Below the pieces are notes generated by a model, which was given only the letters and a program-made list of their open reading frames with translations, was not told the origin of the DNA and made no database searches. A stretch of DNA of 64,000 nt, from sequence record NC_042060.1; one strand, given 5' to 3'. Each line of letters starts with the position of its first letter. Within the stretch, counting starts at the first letter, position 1. Positions 45,453 to 55,620 of this stretch are shown here, piece after piece. Position numbers and translations under genes: made by a program.

Positions 45453-46193
45453 TTAGAAGGAAGGCATATCCTCATCAAAAGCTGAGTCATTATAACTATT
45501 ATTAGCCGGCTTAGCATAACTATTATTGCCACCGTTGTTATAGTTATTGCGCTGACCACCGTTATTGTAACCACCGCTATTACCATTACCCTGATTGAAA
45601 TTAGCAGGGTTAGATACACCTTTAGCATCTGGATCGAATTCAGTTACTAGAAGATGCATTACTAGTTTATATGCGGGGTCTAGGAAACCGTATGCATAAG
45701 CATCAGACATTTCCTTAGGTGATAGCTGACTACCATCTGCTTTGCGGATATCATGGAATTGGGACGGGCCAAAGAAGAATTTGATCTTTGGACGATCAGG
45801 TTGAGTGCTCAGCACTGCGATGTAAATTCGACCATCTTGTGCACGGCCAACATGTAGCTTAGAAAGCTCAATAAAATTATCACGCTTTTTACCAGCTACG
45901 AAGTTATTGCGGTAAACAAAGACGCGTTCAGTATCTTCAGTTTTACCTTCAATTAAGTCCATTGCAAACTTAATGAAACATGCAAAGGTTGCTAGGTCAG
46001 TATTGAACTCAATTTTACCATGGTCTTTATCACCAGGTACATTAGTACGAACAGTAACCCGTGGTTGGTTTTTAAACAGACCAAATCGTAGCGTCGGTCG
46101 TTTTTGAGAACCCTCACATGGTTTGGCATGTAGCCAAGTATTCATTACGTTAAAAGGGTTAACTACGGGTGCATTAGGCTGCTGTTGTGACAT
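45453..46193 (-). CDS. chmC: ChmC-like RNA/ssDNA-binding protein (gp67-like), 246 aa
   Basis: Beta-rich Whirly/PC4-like core, N/G/Y-rich disordered tail and acidic end (FDEDMPSF); two genes upstream of PicA, as recalled for ChmC. Confidence 0.65.
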   Translation of the reverse strand: MSQQQPNAPVVNPFNVMNTWLHAKPCEGSQKRPTLRFGLFKNQPRVTVRTNVPGDKDHGKIEFNTDLATFACFIKFAMDLIEGKTEDTERVFVYRNNFVAGKKRDNFIELSKLHVGRAQDGRIYIAVLSTQPDRPKIKFFFGPSQFHDIRKADGSQLSPKEMSDAYAYGFLDPAYKLVMHLLVTEFDPDAKGVSNPANFNQGNGNSGGYNNGGQRNNYNNGGNNSYAKPANNSYNDSAFDEDMPSF

Positions 46194-46279
46194 GATGTGA
46201 TAACTCCAAATTAAAACTAGATTCTTTTAACTAGATGGGAAATGATTTCTACGTAATATTATCGCAACAAGTATTTCTT

Positions 46280-47110
46280 CTATTTGAATTTCTTGTATGC
46301 TTCTTTTAACTCTTTAGAACCATAAGCAGTAATGTCATGATGAACTTTATCTGGTGTTGTTAATCCTGTCCATTTTCTAGATTGTGCCAATTGTTTTAAT
46401 TGCGCACGAATAGCTTTGTCTTGTGGTTCAAGTAATTGTTTATCGCCAAATATCTGTATAGCAAATGATGTAAAAGGAAATGGAGTATCTTCTTTTAAAC
46501 CATTTAGTTTAGTATACCACATGTTGTATGTCTTTATTTTACCCGTATGGGATTCCAATAAAAGAAGTCTATTAAAATGGGGTTTCCATAATAGTTCATG
46601 TGGGAAATGGGTTAATAGTAAAACAGTACCTTCAACCTTTGGAGGTTTATTAGATATTTCCATTGTAGTTAAATCTGTATCTTTTAACTTCTGGTATAGT
46701 TCAATTGATACAAATCGTTCATAAACATCATAAGCTAATTGTTGCGGTGTTCGTGATACTTTAAATGTAGCTTTAGGGAATAACCACTTCACTGCATCTC
46801 GACCAGTAATGTAATATTTTACAGTTGCTTTTATCCCCGATTGCCGTAAAGCAACCGGGATTGTTTGTGCTTCTTGAAATAAAACATCGACTGCTGCAAC
46901 CAAGTTAATATTAGTTTGTTGTTCAGACTTCATAGCCTGCCACATATTTCTTGCAAGAGTACGGACATTAATCCATATTTCTTTAATAGACTTAACATCA
47001 GTTGGTTGTCTAGGCTTTTGTGGATGTGTTCCTATAAGCCCTTCGAGAGCAAAAGAAGTTCCAATGCTAATCGGAATATTAGCACCTACATCTCTCTCGA
47101 TAATATCCAT
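46280..47110 (-). CDS. Putative 5'-3' exonuclease/FEN-PIN-like protein (gp66-like), 276 aa
   Basis: WINVRTL, LLTHFPHELL and IFGDK are loosely FEN-like; adjacent to an Mre11-like gene (inference). Confidence 0.45.
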   Translation of the reverse strand: MDIIERDVGANIPISIGTSFALEGLIGTHPQKPRQPTDVKSIKEIWINVRTLARNMWQAMKSEQQTNINLVAAVDVLFQEAQTIPVALRQSGIKATVKYYITGRDAVKWLFPKATFKVSRTPQQLAYDVYERFVSIELYQKLKDTDLTTMEISNKPPKVEGTVLLLTHFPHELLWKPHFNRLLLLESHTGKIKTYNMWYTKLNGLKEDTPFPFTSFAIQIFGDKQLLEPQDKAIRAQLKQLAQSRKWTGLTTPDKVHHDITAYGSKELKEAYKKFK

Positions 47111-47122
47111 TATTATTGCCTT

Positions 47123-48289
47123 TTATTTGAACTCTGTCAATAATCCCAATACCCGCTGGATCTGAGCAGCGTCCGCTGTAAATTTTTCAATATCTGGAAT
47201 AATTAAATCAGAAATACTTTCTGGAGTTATATCCAAAAATTCTGATAAATCAAAATTCTTTAGGCTATCTGACACAGTATTTTTCTTTGTAGTAACTTTT
47301 TCAATTAAGATACTCCATGAAAAATTAGGATATTCATTTTGAAATGTATCGAGATCACCAGTAGCTACATCACCTGGATTACATCTTAACCTAATTGCAG
47401 AGTTAGTTGGTAGTGTCTTGATATGTTCTTTAACAGTGTAATTAAGTTGCTTAGTATCCATTCCATGGACATTCAAAGTATCGTATCTACGCGCACCCTT
47501 ATTCTCAAGGAATGTAGCAGTCCATTCGCCATTTTCTTTCACCACAACATCAAATAATCCTTTTGGAATTTCATCGTTGTGACTTAATCGGTCAAATCCA
47601 CCGGCAGCTAAAATGCGTTCATAGATAGACATCTCATGAACATGTCCACCATTGATCATATATTTAGTTAATGCTAAATATTCATCTGGATCATGTGTTG
47701 GCTCTTCAACAATGCTAGGTAGCTGGTGTTTAAATGCACCATGTAAAATAGTAAAGTCAACTTGAGATATACCTTTCTTATGCATTAAATCTTTTACTTG
47801 ATTTAAAGTCTCTGATGTGGATGGATTCCATTTATCAGGGACATAAAGGAAATATGCATCTAGTTTCTCAATATACTCGATATCGAGAATCTTTGAATAA
47901 TGCAAATCAACTTTAATATTAGCATTATTCTTTTGTTCTACGAAAAACTGCATTTGCCCACGATCGTGTGATGGAGTCCCTTCAACAATACGGATCATTA
48001 CATTATACATTTCACATTTGTAGAGAAGTATTGTAATAAATCTATCAATTGCGTATGCAGCTGGATCACCATTGTTTAATTGGCGATCAAATAAATCCCC
48101 TGTAATAATCAACATATCAATATCTTTTAAAATTGTATCAGGGACAGTTTTCCAAAAGTTATTGATGATTAATTCAGTAGGGGTTTGGCGATGCCCCATA
48201 TGGACATCGCCTACTGTTAAATATCGAAATATGCCAGGTTTCTTTGTTTTATCAGTCTTCATATTCGTCACCGTAAACACATTCATCAT
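47123..48289 (-). CDS. Mre11/SbcD-like metallophosphoesterase nuclease (gp65-like)
   Basis: GDVHMG, ITGDLFD, EGTPSHD, LHG, GGHVH motifs; likely start MKTDK at 48262. Confidence 0.85.
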   Translation of the reverse strand: MMNVFTVTNMKTDKTKKPGIFRYLTVGDVHMGHRQTPTELIINNFWKTVPDTILKDIDMLIITGDLFDRQLNNGDPAAYAIDRFITILLYKCEMYNVMIRIVEGTPSHDRGQMQFFVEQKNNANIKVDLHYSKILDIEYIEKLDAYFLYVPDKWNPSTSETLNQVKDLMHKKGISQVDFTILHGAFKHQLPSIVEEPTHDPDEYLALTKYMINGGHVHEMSIYERILAAGGFDRLSHNDEIPKGLFDVVVKENGEWTATFLENKGARRYDTLNVHGMDTKQLNYTVKEHIKTLPTNSAIRLRCNPGDVATGDLDTFQNEYPNFSWSILIEKVTTKKNTVSDSLKNFDLSEFLDITPESISDLIIPDIEKFTADAAQIQRVLGLLTEFK

Positions 48290-48884
48290 TCTCAGGTGTA
48301 TCTACTTGCACACCTCCAGATTTAGATGAAGATGCATTCGGTAACTCATATAACGGAGTACCATCAGTATTTTTTAATACCCGACCATATGCTGCTAAGA
48401 TTTGGATTAACACTTGTAGAAGTTGTTTTTCTAATGGTTCATTATAAATACACCGCTCTAGGAATTGAGCCGCTTCTTTAGCAAACCCACCACGTGGATT
48501 GCGATTATGTTCTTTATTATAATAATCCATTACATTAGAAATACTAGCAACATTCTCACCAGATGAGATTGCAACACTTGGACGAGGATAAAGTGCTGGA
48601 ACTGTAAAAAGTACAACTGCTTCTTTGGTATTAACACTTGCTACACGTAATGGATTTGATAGCTCATGAACATATTTACGATATTCATCTAATGCACCAG
48701 GTGCCCATGGACATTCAAGTAACGGTAATATATTCTTTACAAAAACGTCCTCATGAACAATAGGTGTCTCTTTCTGATGAATGTTAACCATGGCTTGCAT
48801 TGCATCCATGATCATGTTATCGCTATCTGTAACTCTAGTGTTCGGTTCCGGAGTTGCCATCTTCTTTACCCATAACTTGTTCAA
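48252..48884 (-). CDS. Hypothetical protein (gp64-like)
   Basis: ORF overlapping both neighbours; likely start MATPE at 48860. Confidence 0.65.
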   Translation of the reverse strand: MNKLWVKKMATPEPNTRVTDSDNMIMDAMQAMVNIHQKETPIVHEDVFVKNILPLLECPWAPGALDEYRKYVHELSNPLRVASVNTKEAVVLFTVPALYPRPSVAISSGENVASISNVMDYYNKEHNRNPRGGFAKEAAQFLERCIYNEPLEKQLLQVLIQILAAYGRVLKNTDGTPLYELPNASSSKSGGVQVDTPENDECVYGDEYED

Positions 48885-49392
48885 TCTGTTGTTTAGTCAG
48901 AGTAGTGATGATATTAAAACGAGCTTCTTCTTTATTTTCCATTAGTTGAGGATTACTATTTAGGTAATCAATCAACGCATCGCAGTTTTCAGTAGTGAAC
49001 TTATTAGGCGTTCCAACAGTAGCAAACATATAACCTTTATCACCGCCCTTACGAACAATGACTGATTCCATATGTTCTTTCTGATTAACCCCATCTACTT
49101 CAGCTAGTGAGAATACTGGTTTAGTATCACCATGGATAGCTCGCAATGCGTCATCAACTTCATGCCGAATACTTTCACCCATATTGCAAAGAATATCTGC
49201 AAGAACTCGACTAACGCGAATATTAAATGTTGCAGTTTCTTCAGCTTTAGCTTTTACCAATTGTTGGAAAGCCTCATCTACAACATTAGCATGTTTTGTT
49301 AGATTCCTAACTGTTACTTCTAGCATATGAATTCGTTTTAATAGCATGGAGTTCATAGCTTCGCTTTCATTTTTCTCAACTTCACTAGTCAT
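48835..49392 (-). CDS. Hypothetical protein (gp63-like), 185 aa
   Basis: TAAATG coupling to the upstream gene; coiled-coil N-terminus. Confidence 0.65.
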   Translation of the reverse strand: MTSEVEKNESEAMNSMLLKRIHMLEVTVRNLTKHANVVDEAFQQLVKAKAEETATFNIRVSRVLADILCNMGESIRHEVDDALRAIHGDTKPVFSLAEVDGVNQKEHMESVIVRKGGDKGYMFATVGTPNKFTTENCDALIDYLNSNPQLMENKEEARFNIITTLTKQQIEQVMGKEDGNSGTEH

Positions 49393-49830
<438 letters not shown>

Positions 49831-49842
49831 TTAAGTTAAGAT

Positions 49843-49860
49843 GGGAGCCAAATGGCTCCC
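49843..49860 (-). terminator. Terminator-like hairpin
   Basis: GGGAGCCA-AA-TGGCTCCC. Confidence 0.65.
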
Positions 49861-49896
49861 TTTATATTGCTTGATACATACAGTTAAATACTTACA

Positions 49897-50361
49897 TTAA
49901 CTAGCATATAAATATTTACTTGCAATTAATTCAATGTGATATACGATAACAGCACCTTCTTTTTTCTTGAGTGTGCTTGTTAAAACGATATCGTGTTCAG
50001 TAACACATGCATGTACACTAATGGGTTTGGTAGTAATTTCACTACTTGTCCCTGAAAAATGAGTTGTAGCTACATATAACTGGGTATCATCAACTAACCC
50101 ATTTGGATCCCTACCAACATGTACAAATGGTGGCCTGCTAGAAACATTAGGATGGTCGTCTTTAATAACAAGATGACCATCTTCAGATGGGTAAGCATAG
50201 TCATATCCAGTTACATAGATACGTAGAGCGCCATTCTTAAATGCTTCTTTAAGATAAGAATATTCTTCAAAATTAAAACGAATTGAATCAACCACAGCAG
50301 TAGTTAATTTAAGAATAGGGTGTAGTGGCCTTGATGAGTTATTATTCTTAATTAATAGCAT
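49897..50361 (-). CDS. Hypothetical protein (gp61-like), 154 aa from MLLIK
   Basis: AAGG SD before the ATG at 50361; the longer track start (50421) is unlikely. Confidence 0.6.
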   Translation of the reverse strand: MLLIKNNNSSRPLHPILKLTTAVVDSIRFNFEEYSYLKEAFKNGALRIYVTGYDYAYPSEDGHLVIKDDHPNVSSRPPFVHVGRDPNGLVDDTQLYVATTHFSGTSSEITTKPISVHACVTEHDIVLTSTLKKKEGAVIVYHIELIASKYLYAS

Positions 50362-50683
50362 CGGTATTTTCCTTAACGTAAAAAGCAATATGTGGATGGT
50401 TCCACAATGGACTCTCATCACAAAAACTATAACTATGTATTTCCTCGCCAGTATCTAATTTAATAGAGACCACTTCACCTTCAATGACTGTGAAAATAAA
50501 TTTAGTATCAGGTGAAACATAATCACCAGTTACATAGTCATTATCGGGAAGATACAATAGTCGTGTTTGATTATCGTATTTAAGTTCTATTCCATCTGTA
50601 CTATTAAAGTACATATATCCCGTACCATCTGGACTTTTTTGAAACATCTTTAGTTTATTTGGTACGAGTAGATCAATTGACAT
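50348..50683 (-). CDS. Hypothetical protein (gp60-like), 111 aa
   Basis: AGGAG SD. Confidence 0.65.
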   Translation of the reverse strand: MSIDLLVPNKLKMFQKSPDGTGYMYFNSTDGIELKYDNQTRLLYLPDNDYVTGDYVSPDTKFIFTVIEGEVVSIKLDTGEEIHSYSFCDESPLWNHPHIAFYVKENTDAIN

Positions 50684-50705
50684 AGATCTCTCCTAAACGA
50701 TAGAA

Positions 50706-50728
50706 GAGAGCCCCATGTAGGGACTCTC
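50706..50728 (-). terminator. Terminator-like hairpin
   Basis: GAGAG-CCCC...GGG-ACTCTC, followed by TCTTCT on the minus strand. Confidence 0.55.
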
Positions 50729-50734
50729 ATTTAT

Positions 50735-51346
50735 TTAACCTAGAAGATTACCTACGACTGAAGTTGGATCTTCTTCACCTGCGTCTAGATGCCCATCAAT
50801 AGCATTCCACATACGGATGATGTCAACTTTTTCATGCAGTCTAAGTTTACGATCACTCTTGATATCTTCGTGATAGTTTTTATAACCGAATTCTTTCTTA
50901 TCGGTATACATAACTCCATCCATCACGCGGCGATAATCAAACTGTCGTTCACCTACAGCATCACCTTGGATGTTATTATAAGAACCACCATATCCATCAA
51001 CTTCATTATTAAGATACATAGTTCTTAGACGCTCATGCGCCATAACCCAACGTTGCATAATTGGACCAGCTGTTTGTAGTTCAGCTAATGTCTCAAGATA
51101 CACAATGTTGTTCGACTGCCATAAGTTATCTTTCTTTGTGGTCAGATTCCGCAGTGCTTGAACAGCAGCTGATTCACTAATCATACTGTACATATTTTGA
51201 GCAGTATTAAAAAAGCTAGCAGCAGCAGTTGACATAGTTGAACGAAGTGCCTGACTACGCTCACCCAACCATTGAGTTGTTTGCTGTGTAAGATGGCCAC
51301 CTGCACAGATGTCCAAGAGGTCTACACCATGTGCATCTACAATCAT
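50735..51346 (-). CDS. Conserved Chimalliviridae core protein (gp59-like; recalled as import factor Imp3), 203 aa
   Basis: GAGGTG SD; position and size; the functional name is from memory. Confidence 0.55.
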   Translation of the reverse strand: MIVDAHGVDLLDICAGGHLTQQTTQWLGERSQALRSTMSTAAASFFNTAQNMYSMISESAAVQALRNLTTKKDNLWQSNNIVYLETLAELQTAGPIMQRWVMAHERLRTMYLNNEVDGYGGSYNNIQGDAVGERQFDYRRVMDGVMYTDKKEFGYKNYHEDIKSDRKLRLHEKVDIIRMWNAIDGHLDAGEEDPTSVVGNLLG

Positions 51347-51354
51347 TATACACC

Positions 51355-51780
51355 TCAGTTATTGGCCGTATATGACCAGCATAGATTAAACGGATGTTGC
51401 ATAGGTAAGTTAAATGTATCTAGTTCCTGACCGATCCAATTGACAGCTTTTGTAACACCTTCAACAGTTACAGTTAATTCAACATGGATATCATGTTCAG
51501 GTGCAGTCACCACAATAGTGATTGGATCATCATGTTTAATACGGAATCCAAACTTAGGATGATGGAATCCAGTATATTCACCTTTAGTATTTTCTAGAAT
51601 ACATTCAAATAGATTAGTTTCTTTATTAAGTTTAAATGTAACTAGTTTATCTGAATCTTTAAGTAAACCATTATCCCCAAATACATTGAATCGATAATGC
51701 TTATGGCAGATACCAAGTGTTTTTGGTACATCATGGGAATTATCGATTTGCTTAGTACATTCGTTGCATTTACTATTCAT
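51355..51780 (-). CDS. Hypothetical protein (gp58-like) with N-terminal CxxC...CxxH zinc finger
   Basis: KCNECTK...GICHKH. Confidence 0.6.
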   Translation of the reverse strand: MNSKCNECTKQIDNSHDVPKTLGICHKHYRFNVFGDNGLLKDSDKLVTFKLNKETNLFECILENTKGEYTGFHHPKFGFRIKHDDPITIVVTAPEHDIHVELTVTVEGVTKAVNWIGQELDTFNLPMQHPFNLCWSYTANN

Positions 51781-51792
51781 CTTTATTTACCT

Positions 51793-52176
51793 TTAATAGA
51801 TTTGTTTATCAAAAGAACAATTGATTGGAATAGTGATAACTTCATTAGTAATTACATGTTTACCTGTCTTTTTAAAGAATTGTGCAAATTTTGAAGTAGC
51901 TGGAATTACAAGGGTATCATCCCGATCATTATTTGACATATTGTAAAAAGTAAACTTACCGTCTAGGTTAAACCTAATGCACCACTTAATATTTCGTATT
52001 TTGAAATCTATACCAAATCTTAAATGACCATCAATCAATTCAGAACCACCGTATTCATAAGCTCCGGTGAAATTCCAATTAATTTCTGATAATTGGAAAG
52101 TTACAGGATGTTCACCATGCTCATCTCGTATATAGTAACCATCATACTTTTTCCAATAAATAACTAGATCGCGCAT
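51793..52176 (-). CDS. Hypothetical protein (gp57-like), 127 aa
   Basis: GAGG SD. Confidence 0.6.
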   Translation of the reverse strand: MRDLVIYWKKYDGYYIRDEHGEHPVTFQLSEINWNFTGAYEYGGSELIDGHLRFGIDFKIRNIKWCIRFNLDGKFTFYNMSNNDRDDTLVIPATSKFAQFFKKTGKHVITNEVITIPINCSFDKQIY

Positions 52177-52196
52177 ATTACTAACCTCAAAGAAAT

Positions 52197-52221
52197 AATA
52201 GGGGAGTTAGACTCCCCTATT
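52197..52221. terminator. Terminator hairpin
   Basis: AATAGGGGAGT / ACTCCCCTATT 11-bp stem. Confidence 0.75.
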
Positions 52222-52235
52222 AATTTATTTTGCTT

Positions 52236-52424
52236 TTAATCATTAAGCTTAGAGATCATTTCGACATATGCATCGACAAACCTTCTGTTTACCACTACAT
52301 CACCATTCCCGCAAGTAATATATCTCTTAGTGAATACGGCTACCGATCTGGCTTCACGTTCATCTCATTCGACTTGTGATAAACATTCCGGGTTACGTCG
52401 AATAATTTCACGAATATTAGACAT
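52236..52424 (-). pseudogene. 62-codon ORF interrupted by an in-frame TGA at codon 20
   Basis: AAGGGG SD, then MSNIREIIRRNPECLSQVE*DEREARSVAVFTKRYITCGNGDVVVNRRFVDAYVEMISKLND*; it has its own promoter motif and terminator. Confidence 0.6.
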
Positions 52425-52455
52425 TGGGTATTCCCCTTATCACTATTGCATCTTA

Positions 52456-52474
52456 GTGATATAAATCTGAAATT
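52456..52474 (-). promoter_or_regulatory. Early promoter-like motif
   Basis: The minus strand reads AATTTCAGATTTATATCAC. Confidence 0.65.
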
Positions 52475-52530
52475 AAATCCAGTGGAACTTTACATCCATG
52501 GTTAGTCGCCGCCATAACAGGAAATAAAGC

Positions 52531-52554
52531 CCCCTACTACATAAATAGTAGGGG
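52531..52554 (-). terminator. Terminator after beta' exon 2
   Basis: CCCCTACTA / TAGTAGGGG, then CTTTATTT on the minus strand. Confidence 0.75.
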
Positions 52555-52565
52555 TAAGTTTATTA

Positions 52566-52766
52566 TTACGACTTCAACCATTCTTCTAATGGCGGTAAAT
52601 ACTTCTCATGCGCCCAGTTAATAATTGTTTCTACAACAGGACCCTGTAATTCAAGGTTACCTGAGATTTCATGTGGTTCATCAATAGATAGAACCCATGT
52701 ATGTGGAGCAATGCGTTCAGTTGCTTTGGTTAAATACACATCAGGCATTAACGTTAAATTAAGTTG
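52566..52766 (-). CDS. Non-virion RNAP beta' N-terminal subunit, exon 2 (gp56.1-like)
   Basis: QLNLTLMPDVYL... follows the intron terminal G; splicing gives NADFDGD-QLNL. Confidence 0.88.
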   Translation of the reverse strand, partial: QLNLTLMPDVYLTKATERIAPHTWVLSIDEPHEISGNLELQGPVVETIINWAHEKYLPPLEEWLKS

Positions 52767-54290
52767 CACTATCTTCATACAGCATCGTCAGCGACATGTC
52801 TAAAAATCATCTGGGTCATTTTCATATTTAAAAATGAACCCATTAATTGGTCGACGGTCTTTCTTTTTGAGTTTGCTAGTTACTACTTTCTTTGATAATC
52901 CAAGATCGAGATATGCCTGCTTGGCTGATTTGTATTTCAAAATCTCGCCAGTTTCCACATTTTTCACAAGTGTGGTCTTATTTTTAGCCTGACTATACTC
53001 AATGGATTCATCCCAGGTTGGCCATTCTGAACCAACCCGACGTACAATGTACCTATCCATAATGACTGGATAAATTGCATGTCCGCTAACTTTCAAAGAA
53101 ATCGTACCTACACTAACCCCTATCGCCTCACTTGCTTTCTTTTGCGAGTCATATTTCCTGATTTCACCCGTAACGATATCCTTTATCTCAATACCGTCGT
53201 GCTCAAGAACAATTCCGTCCGTGTTAATTCCGCGATTTTTCAACATTCTCATGATCGCGGTATTCTTTGCTGATCCAATATAACCGGTTTTGATTGCATT
53301 TCCATGCAACACATTTTCACTCTGGGTTACCCATTCTAGGTTATCGGGTACTGTATTGTCACGATCACCATCTATGTGGTTGACCACTTTCTCATTGATG
53401 GTGTTATCGTATTCAATAAATGTCAGTGCAGCTACACGGTGTAAATTCGTTCCTACATAGGTGCCATCATCTCGACGCAATCCAAGATCTCTGTATCCAG
53501 TTGTCGCCAAACTTGTTAATTTAGCTGAACCTTCAAAAAGACTTATGACCTTGAGTTCATCATTGATTGCATAGCAGGTAAAACTAGGGATGAAATAATA
53601 TCCTGGGAAGGTGGGAACCTCCAATCCTTCTTCCGGGAATTTCCAAATCAAGTTTCTAGGATGAATATTGTCTTCATCTCCATCAGAAAACAATATTTCG
53701 CAGCGGCTAACAAACTCTAATGGCGCATGCCAGCCTTTAAAACACACTGCTATCAACTTAGTAACATGAATGGGTAGTCTATGCCATGGTAATTCAAGAA
53801 CGTAATGTCGGTTTATTGGATCTATCAATTTATCCAAAAATCGATCATAGACTAACCCATCCAGAGTCAGTCTATAACGCCCGAATGTACCGGGAATCAC
53901 AATTTCTCTCGATTTGGGTATACGACTGTAAATAAACACATATCCTCCATTGGAAGACATGTCGCTGCTGTACCGTCCACTTAATATCTCCCGACATTAA
54001 GTAACTGCTCTAGCTTTCACTAGATGGTGAGACTATATCTTCTTCCCAGAGGGAAGCCTTCTATTTCGGACCACTTGGCCCTACTCTACTCCCTTGGCTG
54101 CTTTCGCAGTGGTTTCGATAGTCGTTGAACGTTCTTCCTATCTCGCCTCACGGCAATACGTAGAAGCTTCGCTGCTGATTGTCCAATCCTAACACTTTTC
54201 AAACCGTTACATTTTAGCTTTCGCTATCTGCTTTGGTAGTTAGGCTCTAAGGAGGTTCCAGCAATTAAGAAGGTTAGGAGACCAATTAAA
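52767..54290 (-). mobile_element. Group I intron (1524 nt) carrying an HNH homing endonuclease
   Basis: P1 GGAGAU|...GUCUCC with U-G at the splice site; P/Q/R/S cores at ~54258-54267, 54170-54184, 54118-54130 and 54030-54041; terminal G at 52767; the ORF is looped out of a 13-bp stem. Confidence 0.93.
52800..53960 (-). CDS. Intron-encoded HNH homing endonuclease (gp56-like), 386 aa
   Basis: LHRVAALTF...VNHIDGDRDNTVPDNLEWVTQSENVLH; two C-terminal NUMOD1-like repeats; codon usage differs from the flanking genes. Confidence 0.9.
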   Translation of the reverse strand: MSSNGGYVFIYSRIPKSREIVIPGTFGRYRLTLDGLVYDRFLDKLIDPINRHYVLELPWHRLPIHVTKLIAVCFKGWHAPLEFVSRCEILFSDGDEDNIHPRNLIWKFPEEGLEVPTFPGYYFIPSFTCYAINDELKVISLFEGSAKLTSLATTGYRDLGLRRDDGTYVGTNLHRVAALTFIEYDNTINEKVVNHIDGDRDNTVPDNLEWVTQSENVLHGNAIKTGYIGSAKNTAIMRMLKNRGINTDGIVLEHDGIEIKDIVTGEIRKYDSQKKASEAIGVSVGTISLKVSGHAIYPVIMDRYIVRRVGSEWPTWDESIEYSQAKNKTTLVKNVETGEILKYKSAKQAYLDLGLSKKVVTSKLKKKDRRPINGFIFKYENDPDDF

Positions 54291-55553
54291 ATCTCCGTCG
54301 AAATCTGCGTTTGGAGCCTTAAGGCATAAAACTGACATGCTGATAGAATTATCATTAATGTCATCTTTTACTTTAGTAATAAAGAACTGCTGCGTAGATC
54401 CACGTTGAAGCGTTGGATTTCGGTGAAAAGTACAACCCATCCCTTTATAAGGGGCTGCTTCTGCAATTAGCTCTTTAAATAGATCTGCAATGATTTGGTT
54501 ATATTGAAGTACATTCTCATATACAAATGAGAATGCTTCACGAGTTGTCATGTTAAACTTTGCTTTTAGTTTATTGGTTAGATGATACTTTAATAATTGA
54601 CAACCTACCCCCCAAGGGATATGTAGTTCATCATAATCATGCGGGTCACTAATAGAAGTGATTACTGCACGTGCCGTAGCGTTGAGACGAGCACCAAACA
54701 TGTGACGCCGAGCAAGACCAGGCTTTTGAGCAATTCGTGATTTTGCGTAGATCTCGTAGAACTGGCCATATAGTCTTAGTCCTCGCATAGTCCTATTCTG
54801 AGCTTTAATTGGACTAAGTGGTACAGATGATGCATCAATACTAGCGAAGGTTAAGGTAGCATCAATTGCTGCTTCAATTGGTTTATCTAAGTAAGTACCA
54901 GATGTGGTTGATTCTGCTACGAAACAGAGTTTAGAAGGAACTGGTAAATATTTAGGGAATAACTTATCTTTATTCTGAGCAACGAATTGAGCGAATTCGG
55001 ATTTATTATTAGAGATAATATTTGCATCTAGTAGGAATTGGAAGATCTCATTGAAATTATCAATGAAGTGATTTAATCCTCTTTCAAATCCTCGATGCAG
55101 TAGCCTATCTACTTTCCTGCGTGTTTCCTTAGAACCAATAGATTCTACATCGTATCGATAAGAAGTATCAGTTAGATATGCTAAGAAATCGAATTCTTTA
55201 GTTACTAGATATCCGGTTAGCATAATGATTAAACGTGGGTTAATTAGGCTACGTACATGTTTTGGTGTACGAACCCACATTGATGGTTCGATAGGGCGGC
55301 TAGAAGTATTGACAACTGGAGTATTACAAATATCACAGATTACTCCGAGTTTATGTGCGTCTTCGATTGCTCGACAATCACAGCTTACACTACTTTCAAT
55401 TGCTTCTGAATCTTGGAAATGAGAATAGAAATGTCTATCAAATTCTTCTTTCTCATCTGAGTTACTCGTATTGTAATCATTGGCATAAATTCGTTTACCC
55501 GTAAATTGATCATGTACTTCATCATGATCAACAACTTTGGCATAAAGACCCAT
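54291..55553 (-). CDS. Non-virion RNAP beta' N-terminal subunit, exon 1 (gp55-like); spliced product 487 aa
   Basis: Zinc-binding CDC..CDIC, GLARRHMFGARL, RNPTLQR and the catalytic NADFDGD. Confidence 0.93.
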
Positions 55554-55578
55554 ACCAAACTCCTATTTATCGATTAAC

Positions 55579-55620
55579 AAAAAAAGGAGATATAAGCGGC
55601 CCCCGAAGGAGCCGCTATAT
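55579..55620 (-). terminator. Intrinsic terminator of the chimallin transcript
   Basis: The minus strand reads AUAUAGCGGCUCC-UUCG-GGGGCCGCUUAUAU, then CUCC and U7. Confidence 0.85.

Noticed and set aside
52340-52367. Selenocysteine or genome-wide stop-codon reassignment explaining the in-frame TGA
   Set aside because: No convincing SECIS-like hairpin, and many ordinary genes in the window end at TGA or TAG with the next gene directly coupled.
52767-52778. ATG start (MKIV) of the 70-aa ORF, and likewise the MEDEDM start at 38636
   Set aside because: These are second exons of spliced RNAP genes, not independent genes.
54240-54290. C-terminal FNWSPNLLNCWNLLRA of the beta' ORF
   Set aside because: Read-through into intron sequence (P1 and P elements), removed by splicing.
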